Assembly: GCA_010015805.1 (NCBI GenBank)
Contig: ML978132.1
Span: 434,001 to 498,000, forward strand
Direction: 5' to 3'
DNA length: 64,000 bases
Origin: Rhizodiscina lignyota
Lineage: Eukaryota
A program made the translations under genes and the position numbers. The number at the start of each line of letters is the position of its first letter. The first letter of the stretch is position 1. Shown piece after piece: positions 40,260 to 57,527 of the stretch. The notes under the pieces are model-generated. The model was given only the letters and a program-made list of their open reading frames with translations. It was not told the origin of the DNA and made no database searches.

Positions 40260-41825
40260 GATGAAGAAGGAAAGTGGACTTAGTACTAGAAAAAGAGTAA
40301 TCGGTGGAATTAAATGCTACGCAGCCAACCCTGGGAGAATATGCAACTGAAGTGTCGGTGAAGGTGAGGAACAGGAACGGTGAGCGAAGCGAAAACGACG
40401 GTGTATATATAAAGCTGGAACGATGCCTCCTGAGAAATTTAGACCGATCGTGAGAGAAGGCACGCAGAGGCGCAAGCAGACTAGATAATTGGGGAATGAG
40501 ACTAATGTTGGGACGACGCTGGAATCATTTATCCAATATGACGCCAGAGAAGAACGCCAATAGGGGCATCACGAGGCGCGGACTCGACGATCACACTCCA
40601 ACGGCAGCACCAAGAATGCAAATTTGGGGTGCGTATGCGCGAATTTCTTGCCTTAGCTAAGAGGAGCCACTGCTCGCATGGCGGGGCCGAATCGAACGCA
40701 TCGTCGCAACGAGAGTGGTCGTCAAGGAGTGCCCACCGCCTGTTGACGCCACGTGAGGATAATCAGCGGTCCCTTAGTCTCTAGGTCGATGTCTCGCAGC
40801 GCCTAAAGCGGTGAATTGGCCGCTGGAAGGCTTCCTGCGGTAGGCTCGGTGGGTGAGGGCCCGCGAGGGCTGAGGCAGGTCATCGGCAGAAATATCCCAC
40901 AGTGTCCCGAAAATCGCCTTCATCAACCGCCATCAGAACCTTTATATCATCTTGTGCAGTCCAATGACATTAATCCCGCATACCAGGTGAATGCCGTACG
41001 GCATGGCAAGACGGTCGCTTCTGCCGTCTCGGATCATCAGAGCGCAGCAGCCGACATTGACACTATGGATCGGGATGCTCGCGCTACCGTTGTATCGGTA
41101 CGGAGCCCATCTCGACGCTCACAACAAGGAGTTTGCCGCACCCATGTCGAACCTCATGAACGGAAACTCCTCGACATTGGCAATTGAGGGAAATAAAGAG
41201 CTTATTGATGAGACAATTGACATGCTCAGGCTAAAAGAAAGATACAAGCGAGTCTCCAAGAGCCAACTGGCACTGCGTAGACAAAGAAACGACAATTCGA
41301 TGCCAGTTTGCGCCTGGGGACTGGAATAAATCGCGCATTGGCACACCAACGTCTCACTTTCACATGTACGCGCCGTTTCCTTCATAAAAAGGAGAGTATT
41401 CTAGCAGCACAGCCTCCAGACTAGCCAGATTCTGGCTCCGAAGAAGGTACCAAAAATCCCGCAGCATGACCTCAGCTTTTGACCACGGCATTTGGAAATC
41501 TATCAAGCAATGGCATCGTATCTCTCTCCTAGGTTGGATGTGTGGTTGCATTCCAAAATCAGAGAATGCACCAATCGCACACCACTCGAACGAACTGCGA
41601 GGTAGGAACCGGTTCATTAGTGCTGGTATCTTGACACGTCCTTGATAGCTCTTTGTTGTTCTCGCCTGCCTTCATATTGCTCGTCTTCGCTCTCATGTGC
41701 AGATATTTTTTATTGAGCTTCAGCTGAGCCCTCATCTGCTCCGCTTCTTACAAATCTCGCTCCCCGGCAGGGGCCTTATGAACGTGACGATCTCACCCCC
41801 TCCTGAATTCGCAAATTGCACCACC

Positions 41826-45662
<3,837 letters not shown>

Positions 45663-46892
45663 CGATTTCAATCTTCTCTCGACGGCGGGTTGAGGCACTC
45701 ATGATTTTACGCGGAGATTCAAGACATTGACATTACGGCATGGAAGCCGAGGACAGAGTTAGAATGACTTGGATGTTTTATATATCATTTTCAATGAGTG
45801 TTTATATATTTTCGGTGTGTCCAAATGCAAACAGCAATGTTCAAAGCCTTCTCACATCTTAGTCTCATTACCCATCTTGCATGGTGCACTGGTGAGGATA
45901 TCAATGCCCGGAAAAGCAAGAAATGTCGACATGCAGTGAGCAGAATAGCTTGAATCTGTCTGAGTCTCTTGTCCAATTCATCTACTCCATATACTTCTTG
46001 TGCTTTAGCATGCGCCTCGTGCGGTAATGATTAATCCACTCGCAAGCTTAGTTCAGATGGTGGGCTTATACCCCGTTACCATATGCAGTGCTGTCCAGTG
46101 GTTGACGTACTTTCGACTGGACGATAAATTAGCTCCTCAGTATTGGTTTTAAAGCTACCACAAGGTAGCTTCAGGAGATAACAGGACATGAAACCCCACG
46201 CTACCACCGGGGCTAAGAGGCACTGTTCGCTCCGATATCCTTAAATGATTGCGTTGGGTAATATCAAGACTGCTTGAGAATCAAGAAAAAAGAAAGGAAA
46301 TCATAAAATATTAGAATATACGATCAGATGATCTGGCTCCTCAGATTTGACATGCAGATCTCACAAGACGAACGGAGAAAAAGGAGACTAGTAAAGTCTT
46401 GCTAATGTGGTGCTGCAAGATTATCCGGGGGCGTACCAGATGTCTGGTCAGAGTCATGTAACTTCTGTAAGCTTGAGTGTGCCACATGGAGGATGTTCGA
46501 CTGCTCGAATCATGAAGCGGAGAGTCCGACGTGTAGATGGAAAGCGAGCTCACTGTTAGACCACGCCCGCTGAAGACACATCCTCTTTATCCAAGAGCAT
46601 GCCTCGAGATTAAGTCTGCCGCCTGTCAACTTGTCTCCTGACTGTGTCAAAATGTCTGCTGGCAACCGTTTCGGGCTATGGCCAAACTGGAAAATTTCAC
46701 GAATCCATGTTTCCGGCCGCGTCGTCAACGTGCCGGGTAAGTTCTCTTCGAACGGAACATCATTATTAGAAAGAACTGCATTCGTACGTAAATCTGTACC
46801 ATCAAAGGGTGGCTTGTGAGGTTGACAGGCTCATGCTGTTATGAATGTAGGCAGCGCAGCTTACCGCAGCGGAAAAGGTATCAAATACCCAC

Positions 46893-46904
46893 AACCCTAA
46901 CCCT
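46893..46904 (+). promoter_or_regulatory. Interstitial telomeric motif (AACCCT x2), candidate Tbf1/telobox-Myb site upstream of Rheb
   Basis: caaccctaaccctg about 530 bp before the Rheb ATG. Confidence 0.3.
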
Positions 46905-47429
46905 GCGCTGATAAAGTTATCATCATGTGGTTCGCGACGTCGATGGAAATGATTCATTATTAGATTTCACCCAGAATAAGAACCTGTGACGATTCCGAGC
47001 CGTTCGATCTCATGATTGTCTCGGCTATGTACGGTGAATAGATCGCCACCATCCAATCCGGCGATTTCTGTTACCTGATGGAACCCACTGCGAACTGGAC
47101 TCTGCATGTCATGTACGCACCGCGGGAAGGACGACGGCCACTAGACAGCATGCCACCAACAACCATGTCACCACGAGGCCGTGGTGCGGTTACAACACGA
47201 ACTAGAACTTGCTTTTACTCTTGCTAAAGATTCGCTCTTCTCATTGCTCCTTCTCCCTCCTGTCGTTTGATTCGCGCATTGTTACGTCGGTCAGCTTTGT
47301 ACTGCCCCTCGGTTGCCTAGGGTCGCTGGAGCATTCTCCGCAATTGAGCGACTCTCTCAAGATACTACAAAGAAATAAAGTATCCTTTACCTTGAACTAC
47401 ACTTTCGGTTACATTTCCTACTCAAGACC

Positions 47430-48200
47430 ATGCCGTCGCCGCCAAAGCAGAGGAAGATTGCCCTCGTCGGCAGTCGCTCAGTCGGTCTGCGCGCCCCCAA
47501 AACTTTCGGATACGTTCACATGCTAACCTCGAGTCTTGTGAATAGGCAAATCTTCCCTCACTGTGCAATTCGTAGACGGCCACTTTGTCGACAGCTACTA
47601 TCCCACGATCGAGAACACATTCAGCAAGATTATAAAGTTGAAGGGGCAGGACTATGCGACGGAGATTATCGACACCGCGGGGCAGGTAAGGTTTGCCTTA
47701 CAGGCAGAGTGGCGCGACAAACTGCTCATGCAAGACGTTCTGGAATAAAGGCAGCTGACGCGATGCGCGAACACCAGGATGAGTACAGCATCCTCAACTC
47801 GAAACACTTCATTGGCATTCATGGATACATGTTGGTTTACTCGGTGGGCTCGAGGCAGTCGTTTGAGATGATGAAGATCATTCGGGACAAGATACTGAAT
47901 CACCTGGTGCGCTGCATAACACCTGCCTGAGATGATGGGTGGCTGATTTGATGAAAATAGGGCACGGATTGGGTCCCAATCGTCATCGTCGGCAACAAGT
48001 GCGATTTACGGCCCGAACAACGGCAAGTCGAAAAGGAGCAAGGAAGGGCCTTAGGCGAGGAATTCAAGTGCGCATGGACGGAAGCCAGCGCAAGGTATAA
48101 CGAGAACGTCGCGAAGGCCTTCGAGATGATGATTGTGGAGATCGAGAAGTCGCAGAACCCGAGCGAACCAACCGGTGGAAACAAGTGCATCGTCATGTAA
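47430..48200 (+). CDS. RHB1: Rheb GTPase
   Basis: GSRSVGKSS (Rheb-specific Arg in G1), YYPTIENTF, DTAGQDEYS, VGNKCDL, EASA, CAAX CIVM. Confidence 0.97.
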
Positions 48201-48803
48201 TGCTCGGACTGAAGCCCAAGCTTACATTTTCGATGAAGTGAAAGCTAGTTAGAGTTCGGGACTAGCGATCAATGATGAGTTGGCCAAGAGGTCCCTTTAC
48301 CGGATTGATATTTGGGTGCAGCGTGCTCAATCGAGGAGTTGCTGCATTGGTCATACAGCTATCCTTTTCTACGGCAGCATTATCAGAAAACCAAGAGTGC
48401 CTGGGGTATTCAGTCGGCTTTAGATTCCAATCTTGTACTGGTTGTTGGAGCAGGTGGCGTCCGAGTCTTTATGCTTGGTGGATTTTGGGCGGCAATTCGT
48501 CTTTGCGGCGTAGATGTAGACCTGGCTAGCGATTGAATCAAGACATGCCTTTCGTCTTTTCTTGAACTCGACGTCTTGATGAAGCTTTTATATCCTTCTC
48601 ATCATGCTGCCCCTCCCCCGCCAAACCCAAAGCGAGCGCCAAATTAGCGCGCGCGTACATGACTCAGGAGCATTATCCCACATCAGGGTCCAAGGAGGCT
48701 CGCGACACTTGAAATTAAAATAACACAAATCTACAGCTCGTTCTAAAGACTCTTTCTCTGCAGTTTTCGAGTGTCATATTGCTGCTTGCCCACCAACGTA
48801 ACC

Positions 48804-50451
48804 ATGACGATCGATATTAACGATTTCATCGCCGAACGCGGCGGCGACCCCAAAAAGATCCTCGAGAGTCAGCGGCGGCGGTATGCGTCAGAGGCAGTAG
48901 TAGACGAGGTCATTGCGATGTTCGAGGACCATAGAAAGAGTGGGTGAGCTTCAAAATTGTGTAAGAAGCTTTGGCTCACGACTATCTACAGCACAATACG
49001 AGGCTACGCAAATTGGCAGCGCAATCAACGCGAAGCAGAAGGAGATTGGACAGAAGAAGAAGGTCAGTGGGATACTTGGAGCTCCCCATGATATCATGAG
49101 GCAGCCTGCTAACTATCGCAGGCGAAAGAGAATGCAGACGACTTGCTCAAAGAGAAAGAAGACCTACAGAAGAAGAAGAAGGACCAGGAAGACCTCGCGG
49201 CCGAGAAACTGGTACAGTTAAATCGCAAGGTCAAGACGATTGGCAACTACGTCCACGAATCGGTACCCGTGAGCGACAACGAGGATAATAATGCGCCGAT
49301 TCGGACATGGGCGCCTGAAGGCGTGACGCCGGAGAAGAAGGACTGCCTTTCGCATCACGAGGTCTTGACAAGAATAGATGGCTACGATCCTGAGCGCGGT
49401 GTGAAGATTGTGGGACACAGGGGATACTGTCTGACGGGATATGGACTGTTCCTGAATTTGGCGCTTGTGAATTATGGCCTAGAATTCCTCTTTAACAAGG
49501 GATTCAAGCCCAACCAGCCGCCGTTCTTCATGCTGCGGGAGGCCATGGCGAAGACAGCGCAGCTGGAACAGTTCGACGAGGAGCTCTACAAAGTCACGGA
49601 CGATGGAACGGCAGAGACGGACAAGTATCTCATCGCTACCTCAGAACAGCCGATCTCTGCGCTGCACGAGGGCGAGTGGCTACAAGATCAAGATTTGCCC
49701 ATTAAGTATGCTGGGTACAGCACATGCTTCCGCAAAGAAGCGGGCAAGCATGGCAAGGAAGCGTGGGGTGTTTTCAGAGTTCATCAGTTCGAAAAGGTAA
49801 GATTTTAACGTACGTCACAGACGGCCAAAACTGACACTGCGGAATAGATCGAGCAATTCGTCTTCTGCAAGCCTGAGAAGTCTTGGGAGGAGTTTGACCA
49901 AATGATCAACACTGCCGAAGAGTTCTACAAATCCCTCAAGATTCCGTACCAAGTTGTCGCCATCGTCTCCGGCGCACTGAACAATGCCGCTTCAAAGAAG
50001 TACGACCTTGAGGCGTGGTTCCCGTTCCAGGGAGAGTACAAGGAACTGGTGTCTTGCTCGAACTGCACGGACTACCAATGTCGTGAGCTGGAGATCAGGT
50101 ATGGTTCGAAAGAGAAGACTGAGATCAGGAAGAAGTATGCGCATGCGCTAAATTGTACGTTATGTGCGACTGAGCGCGCGCTGTGCTGTATCCTTGAGAA
50201 CTATCAGAAAGAGGATGTAAGTTTAAATGCCATGAGTGGAAAGGTCAGATTACTGATTATGCATATAGGGTCTCGAGGTTCCAGAAGTGCTACGCAAATA
50301 CATCCCAGGCCAACCGGAATTCATCCCTTACACCAAAGAGCTCCCCAAGGATACCACCTCGGCCAAGGTCAAGGGCAAAGCAGGCGGCCCAGCACCGAAA
50401 GTACCCAAGCCCGGAGATGTTGCAGACAAAGTTAAGGACCTGAAAGTCTGA
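48804..50451 (+). CDS. SES1: Seryl-tRNA synthetase (cytosolic)
   Basis: [75 protein letters not shown]. Confidence 0.97.
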
Positions 50452-50991
50452 GCGTAACAGTGGCCATTCCACGGTTTTATTATGATTTGCAATGTCGTTG
50501 GCGTACAAAATCCTTGCATATGGCCGGAGTCTGGAGGACTTCAATCTTCAAGGGCTTTGTCACGTCTTAAATGATGTAGAACGCGGTTATGCATCAAGTA
50601 GAGACGAAAGAGGCGCTGAAGTATATGAATAAGGTCGTGCATGGAAAGATCGGGGTCAGGTATCCACGATAGATGAAGCTAGCATAAATGATCATGATGA
50701 GTACCAATCCTCCATTGGCATTATTGCAATTTGACAAATGCAAGGCTTTGTGCATCAGGAAATCCATGATTCAATAGCTATTTTCGCTATTCGAGTGAAG
50801 AGGTATAAGACATATTATACATATCCACGAGAGCTTCTCTATTGCTCTTCCAGAATCCTCCGACGCCGCCCATGCAATACTGTACAGTGTATACCGTCTT
50901 CTTGATCTCCCTTCTCCAATTCGGAGCCTTAAGATGTCGTGTCTTCTCTCCAGAACTTTCGGAGCTCGTCTTTTCGCATCCCTCCGCCTCT

Positions 50992-51348
50992 TCATGAGCT
51001 TGTCCTCATATTCTCCAACTGTTTCAGCACCAAGTGGCTCGCGTCCATGAACCTCTCTACGCAATTCTGCATGCACGGCTCCTCGTACTTGTCCAGCTTG
51101 CCGCTCGAAATTTTCCCGATGCATTTCTTGAAGCACATATCAGTGAGGGAGTGGATTGCTGTTACGTGAGAAAGTCAGTACGTGCTCCAATACAGATAAC
51201 CACATAAAATAGGGAGCTATGGGAGCGTACACTGCTGAATGGTCGCTTTCTGCGCTTCCTGCATGACGAACTGCTGCAGCTCTCTCTTGTCACTGTCGGA
51301 TAGGCTCGACATGTCAAGGTTACCGCTGCTGCCGATTGATCTGTCCAT
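50992..51348 (-). CDS. TIM8: Small Tim chaperone Tim8
   Basis: DKRELQQFVMQEAQKATIQQ, intron, IHSLTDMCFKKCI..EEPCMQNCVERFMD (twin CX3C). Confidence 0.92.
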
Positions 51349-53203
51349 TTTGGCAAATTTTGTCGGGGTACCTGTCGCTGGAGGTAGTGGAGAAGGGAGA
51401 ATATGTATGTGGTTATTCACGGTCGTCTGTCTTCTTCGACAACTTTCAGAGCCTCACGATCCTCATGACTCGGAGACCGAGCTGCGGCCGTGCGTCTTGC
51501 GCAGAGAGTCCAAATTTCACGAGTCATGCATGTTCAAAGCCATCTTCAACTGCAACTGCAGACGAATAATTTCAGAAATATTTATCGAGGAGATCGAGAA
51601 CCTCTTCCGAAGTACCCATAAGCTTTTTACTTGATGCTTGCCGTATATGACAGGCCATCAGATGCAAATGTTTCTCTAATACACCCCCTCGGTTTCCTCG
51701 GTTGTGTCCACTTCCTGTCTCACTTGCAGAAACCGTCCTTCTTACAACTAATACTCGATTGAACTTCAATTGACATATTCAATGATTTGTAGAGCTCATA
51801 TACGAAGCAGAGCTAACGACATGAAACCCAAAACGTCTCGATAACTGAGGTCAATAGCTGACCTGGCTGACTACCGGCATGGAATGTCCATCTCATCAAC
51901 AATCAGCAATCAATTCGTATGGCGGCCGACACAGCAGACTTCGGCGTACCTTGTCAATACATTCAGCCGCTCTACATATGCACTGCTGTAGTTGCGGCTG
52001 TGAGGCACTGCACAAATCTGTCCGAGTACCAAGCCTTGCTATACGCCTTGCTCCGCGAGGTATTTGCTGATACCGCCAAGGTCAGGCTTACGCGATATCC
52101 CAGCCATTCGAACATTCGTTTCGACACATACAGAACATATGTGGCTGGATTTCATTAGACGACATCGCTTTTTTTGCTTACATACCGAATTCCTATCGCA
52201 AAGGCCAAACATCATGCTGTTGTGGAGTGGAAGCGTTCCATTGGTCTATTTATGTTCGAGCAGTGTCATTTGTTGGCCACATTTGGTCTCTTCGTCTCTC
52301 TAAAAGTCCCGAAATAATGTCTACTAACTCCAGAGTCACAGCCCTCCATCCTTTCAGAATACCATCAAAAGACATACGAAGGGACCATAGCCAGGCGTAT
52401 AACCAATAATAGTAAAACAATATTCGAGGCTTAGGCCGGTAAAATGCTAGAGCTCTAGCAATAGCCCACTTCAGTAGCATTTCTTTGGAGCCGTAGCAGG
52501 CAAATGTTCAGCCTCAGAACACCCATTTTCGTCGATAAGCAGGCCCCCAAATACACATACATAAGACCCAGGCTCACCACGCTTTCGTATGTCAAGAGAA
52601 AGATTAGGTATCGCTACTCCAAATCATCCAATCTAGCGATATTAGCCATCACTCTCAACGTGACCAGCGCGCATTCTTGACGCTTCCGGCCACACCATCT
52701 TCCCGTTCTTCGGTCAGACTCGCCTTACTCCCCTGAAGCAGATCACCAGAACCAGCTATTCAGCATCTCAAGTAATCCACCAGCGACCAAACGACAACTC
52801 TTACCAAGAAATCAACAACTACTGCTTTCGGACCGTACAACGGGGGCTAGTGGTTCTGACAATCCCTCCGTCCATTCAAGGAAGCTTGCGAAATAGCGTC
52901 GCCATGTCGATCTTCGGATTTGATATATCACCGTTGCTTGCGAGCTCGAAACTGTCGTGTCAGTTTCAGCATGTATGCCAAATGCTCGGGGACTTTTATT
53001 GCGTCGTCACACCAGAGTTTAGTCCAGCGCTTAAGTTTCTCGAGTTCGATAACACTCTCGATTACACGCCGCTGGACTCTCTCGATCTTCTGCTTGCTGC
53101 ACATTACAATAAAGGAACCTCTTGAGCATTGTTATTGCATTGCTTCATTACTCTCCACACTGTAAATACTTTGGGACAGAGAAGGACCGAGAGTCTCAGC
53201 AGC

Positions 53204-53770
53204 ATGTCTGTCGACGGTTCAACACGCTCTACGTCCTCCACCATCCGACCTTTCCTTCCACGCTCAAACTGGAGCATCGCCTTCTGCCTATCCCCCGTTC
53301 CAGCTAACCGCTTCGTTCGCACTGGCCGAGGCGGAGCTGGGAACTACCACGACAGCTCTAAATCCGTGGCAACACCGTCATCCTCCAAAGAGTCGGGTTC
53401 GGCATCTAGGTCCTCCTCTGATTCCACTTCTTCATCCACTTCACAGTCTCCTTCTACGCCAACCAGGCGTTCTGGCAGCCTCTTCAGCATCGGCATCGGC
53501 GGCCACGGAAACTTTCGTTCTGTTGAAGAGAAGGCGACTCTTTCAATTGACGAGTCTGAGAATCGTTTCAGAACAGTGTCAATGGCGCTACCGTCGCACT
53601 TCCGCACTGGTATTGGGGGCTTTGGTAACTCTGTTAGAAGGCAAGGTGTTGAGGAATATGTCGACCATGCGCCAGCAAAAGAGAGGAGGAAATCCAAGTC
53701 TCTCAGGTCGGCCTTCCGGAGGAGGTCGTCTGTCGAGCGTGATCAAAATTACGATACATCGAGCTGCTAG
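53204..53770 (+). CDS. DUF3602 / Par32-like protein
   Basis: Three GRGGAGN-type repeats (TGRGGAGNY, IGIGGHGNF, TGIGGFGNS) separated by Ser-rich linkers. Confidence 0.75.
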   Translation: MSVDGSTRSTSSTIRPFLPRSNWSIAFCLSPVPANRFVRTGRGGAGNYHDSSKSVATPSSSKESGSASRSSSDSTSSSTSQSPSTPTRRSGSLFSIGIGGHGNFRSVEEKATLSIDESENRFRTVSMALPSHFRTGIGGFGNSVRRQGVEEYVDHAPAKERRKSKSLRSAFRRRSSVERDQNYDTSSC

Positions 53771-54215
53771 GTAAAGCCTATTAATATCAATATTTGAGCA
53801 ATGCTCTTACTTGTGCTGAAGAGTATAGCATCTCTGTGCTGTGTTCAAAAGCTTAACCATTTTATCACACTCGAGGGCGCGGACCTTCGAATACAAATAG
53901 AAGAGAATCGAGGCGGTAATCCAAAGGGATCAAATTACCCCCAAGTTGATTTCTGTATAGATCTCTAATCAGACGGACGGGGGGTTTCGCCCTTGTAGGC
54001 TCAGCGTGTAGTTACTGCAACCGCTGCTCGTAAAGCATGCCGCGTACGATCTCGCCGCCTTCTAGAGTACCCTCGTTGTCGGAACCATCTGCCTTTAGAT
54101 GATCGTCGACGGCTGCTGTGACGGATGGACAATTGAAGTTATTGTCACAATTCCGGTCTATTCCAGCTACCAGCGGACGTTGCCTTATCCATGGTAGTCA
54201 ATGAGTCCATATCAT

Positions 54216-54851
54216 TCAATCCCAGTCGTCGTCATCATCGTCCTCGTCCTGTTGTTGCTGCCGTTTTGTGCGATTACTGACAGACTCATGTTCCGCCATC
54301 TTAGCTCTGACCAAAACGCCACTGCTCAAAAGCCTTGATTCAAGGTCTTTCGTGCTGAAGCTATCCGGTCTATTGCTGAGTCCTTCAAACCCGATGATCC
54401 GATCCACACCTACGCCATCCACGAACGCAATGACACACGGTAGTACTTGAACTTTCAGCTTCGTAACGAGAAATGGTGCATTCTCGACATTAATTTTTAG
54501 GAACCTCGTATCGAAATGCTTTGGTGTGAGAGTCTCCAGATGTCCGTCCATGATACTGCACCGCCCAAAGTCCGGCTTGAAGAAATGCACTACGCACAAC
54601 TTTGTGCTTGTCGTGATGTCCATGAGTTGCTTCTCGTCCTTGATTTCCGCGTAGGATCCATGATCGGACGAGCGCAGTTCCTTCGCCCTCGCAAATTCGG
54701 CGTGGAGTTGCTGCAGACGCTGCTCCCTGAACGCGTCGAGAGCGCCGTCGTCGTCTTCTAGCGCGTTGATGAGCGCGTCTTCGTCGTCTGAATCTTCTGC
54801 CTTTGGATGACGGTCGATTACCGCCGCGACGGTTGGGTCAATGGAGGCCAT
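54216..54851 (-). CDS. PLP1: Phosducin-like thioredoxin-fold protein (Plp1/TXNDC9)
   Basis: FREQRLQQLH, CVVHFFKPDFGRCSIMDGHL, APFLVTKLKVQVLPCV, RIIGFEGL, acidic DDDWD end. Confidence 0.88.
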   Translation of the reverse strand: MASIDPTVAAVIDRHPKAEDSDDEDALINALEDDDGALDAFREQRLQQLHAEFARAKELRSSDHGSYAEIKDEKQLMDITTSTKLCVVHFFKPDFGRCSIMDGHLETLTPKHFDTRFLKINVENAPFLVTKLKVQVLPCVIAFVDGVGVDRIIGFEGLSNRPDSFSTKDLESRLLSSGVLVRAKMAEHESVSNRTKRQQQQDEDDDDDDWD

Positions 54852-55557
54852 GGTCACACGGAGATGAGGATCGCTGAAGACTGGTACCGATAGCTGAGCT
54901 CTGCAGCGTCTGATGGGCGTAAACGACGATACACGTGGGGGCAATGAGGGAGAGATATGTGGGTCGATAATTTTAGTGCCCTGTGCGAAAAAGGGTTTCA
55001 GCCCTACGGTGTACGATACGTTTGCACGAAGTACCTGGGTACTTGAGTTTGAGATTGAGTGCCCAGGAGGAATCGCGATGTAGATGTTTCGTTTCACGCT
55101 CGCGGCTCGTGAAAGAAGACCTAGCTGAAAGGGGAGGATTCACATTCAAGTACGGGACCTTGTAGACAGGTGCCGAGGCGAAATGAAAATGAAGTTATGA
55201 AATGCATGTGGTGCTGCAAGGTCACAGCTCGATTTGATTGATTACGACGACTTGGCTCTGCCCGGTGGCTGTGGCTTGACCAGGGTGCGGGTAGATTTCT
55301 TGGTCGCGCATCACCAAACCTCCAATTTCATCGACTCCCACTTCGCTTCATTCCCAACAACTTCCAAGGACTCTTATCGTCGCTCTTTTCAAATCTACCC
55401 CCGTCTGACAGCGCCTCTCAGATATCGTGAGGCTCTTGCACGCGTCTAGGGAGCAGCTGGGACTTCGCGCTCTCGCGTACAGCACACCTCACCCCTTACT
55501 ACGCAGCCCGCCCTCGCCGCGTGGGTTCACTTCTACCACACGTCTTCCGATTTACGT

Positions 55558-56860
55558 ATGGCGGACGAGAGGAAAAACGAGAGTCATAGCATAGACATCG
55601 AAGACAAGAAGCAAGAAGAAGCCAAGGACAGCACAATGTCGAACGGCATCACCAGCAACCCCATGCTGGCCATTCTCGGCTACTGTGGCTCGTCGATATT
55701 GATGACCACGACGAACAAATACGTCTTGTCTGGCGTCGACTACAACCTGAGCTTCTTCCTGCTGTGCGTACAGGTCTGTTGCCCCCGTCCCTAGCCTGTC
55801 ATGGAAGACCATGTCCACTGATGTCACGTAGTCTGTTGTATGCGTTGTCGCGATCGAGACGTGCAAGCGCTCTGGCTTGATCTCATATCGGGATTTCAAC
55901 GTGGATGAAGCAAAGAAATGTAAGTTTTCCAACAGGAATCTCATGTGAAGGACTGCGCTGACTAGATTGAAGGGTTCCCCATCTCTCTCCTTCTCATTGG
56001 CATGATCTACACCAGCACCTGGGCCCTCAAATACCTTTCTATTCCTGTATACACCATCTTTAAGAATCTGACAATCATTCTCATCGCATATGGCGAGGTG
56101 TTGTGGTTCGGTGGCACTGTCACCAGCATGGCGCTCTTCTCCTTCGGTCTTATGGTCCTCAGCTCCATTGTGGCCGCGTGGGCAGATATACAACATGCGC
56201 TGTACTCTAGTGGCGACGCCGGAAAGCAGTCCGAGGCCATGTCAACCCTCAATGCAGGTTACTTGTGGATGGCTATGAACTGCTTCTGCACCGCCACATA
56301 TGTGCTTAGCATGAGGAAGCGCATCAAGCTCACCAACTTTTCAGATTTTGACAGTATGTCCAAATTTCTTCCCAGTTGTCGTTTTGATGAAACGCAATTC
56401 CTAACATAATCGCTGCACAGCAATGTTCTACAACAACCTGCTCACCATCCCCATCCTCCTGGCCTGTTCCGTCTTCCTCGAAGACTGGTCCTCCACCAAC
56501 GTGGTGAAGAACTTCCCGCCCGATGCGCGCAACAGCGTCATCATCGCCATGCTCATTTCCGGCCTCTCCACCGTCTTCATCTCCTACACCTCCGCCTGGT
56601 GCGTGCGCGTCACCTCGTCCACAACCTACAGCATGGTTGGCGCTCTCAACAAGCTGCCAATCGCACTCTCTGGCCTCTTGTTCTTCAACGCGCCCGTCAC
56701 TTTTGGCAGTGTCACTGCCATTTTTATTGGATTCATTAGTGGCATTGTGTATGCAGTCGCGAAGACGAGACAGCAGCAGGCGAAGAAGGAAGCGCTGCCG
56801 ACGCCGGCGAGCATGGTTAGCGCGAGCAGTCGGAGCACGCAGGAAGGCTTCAAGGCATAA
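55558..56860 (+). CDS. VRG4: Golgi GDP-mannose transporter
   Basis: [52 protein letters not shown] (GALNK motif). Confidence 0.95.
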
Positions 56861-57204
56861 ATATTGCGTTTGTGTGTATAAGCAAGTGGGGAGTTAGGAA
56901 TTTTGACGCGTCACATGAGTTTTGGTGCCATCGAGGCTGCTAGAATGGAGAGAGCGGGGACAACTGCTGGCCAGAGTTGTGGTGCCGTCCGTTTGCGACA
57001 AATGACACGTGAAAAAACTTCATTCGAGCATTTTCTGGGACTTCTTTTTCTGCTTCACTGTACACTGATATATTTACCTCCTTTAAAACTGTTTCTGAAC
57101 GGGAATAGAGGCTGGTGCGGAGTTTTCTACATTGTTTTTTCGAACGCGATTTATATAGAGTAATGCAAGAAATTTGAATAGGCACTCCTACTCAATTATT
57201 TCGC

Positions 57205-57427
57205 CTGGATCTGGATACATCTGGATATCCATCTGCTCTGGATACATCTGGATATCCATCTGCTCTGGATACATCTGGATATCCATCTGCTCTGGATACA
57301 TCTGNNNNNNNNNNCTGGATATCCATCTGCTCTGGATACATCTGGATATCCATCTGCTCTGGATACATCTGGATATCCATCTGCTCTGGATACATCTGGA
57401 TATCCATCTACTCTGGATATCTGGACA
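57205..57427. repeat. 27-bp minisatellite (CTGGATACATCTGGATATCCATCTGCT)n spanning an assembly gap
   Basis: At least 3 near-perfect copies on each side of the N-run at 57305-57314; the true copy number is unknown. Confidence 0.95.
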
Positions 57428-57527
57428 GTTGGGAACACGCTTTAAGATTTCTTCGCTCCCAATTCTCTTCCAAAACTAAAAACACTCTCTATACAGCTGG
57501 AAACATATATGGCAAACAGATATTGTT

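Noticed and set aside
40816..41617. Short ORFs upstream of the ACU ATPase
   Set aside because: No motif or consistent exon structure; treated as promoter or degenerate DNA.
46600..47400. AACCCTAACCCT as a telomerase RNA template
   Set aside because: Filamentous-ascomycete telomerase RNAs are roughly 1.5-2 kb or more and would run into Rheb. I could not identify a pseudoknot or CR4/5 element. A protein-binding site or chance is more likely.
47430..53770. Rheb and Par32-like genes as a TORC1/nitrogen cluster
   Set aside because: They are separated by unrelated SerRS and Tim8 genes, so proximity is probably coincidental.
57174..57479. ORFs with 9-aa repeats (GYIWISICS, MDIQMYPEQ, ADGYPDVSR); CRISPR-like appearance
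   Set aside because: They are by-products of a 27-bp tandem repeat open in several frames. There are no unique spacers and the context is eukaryotic.
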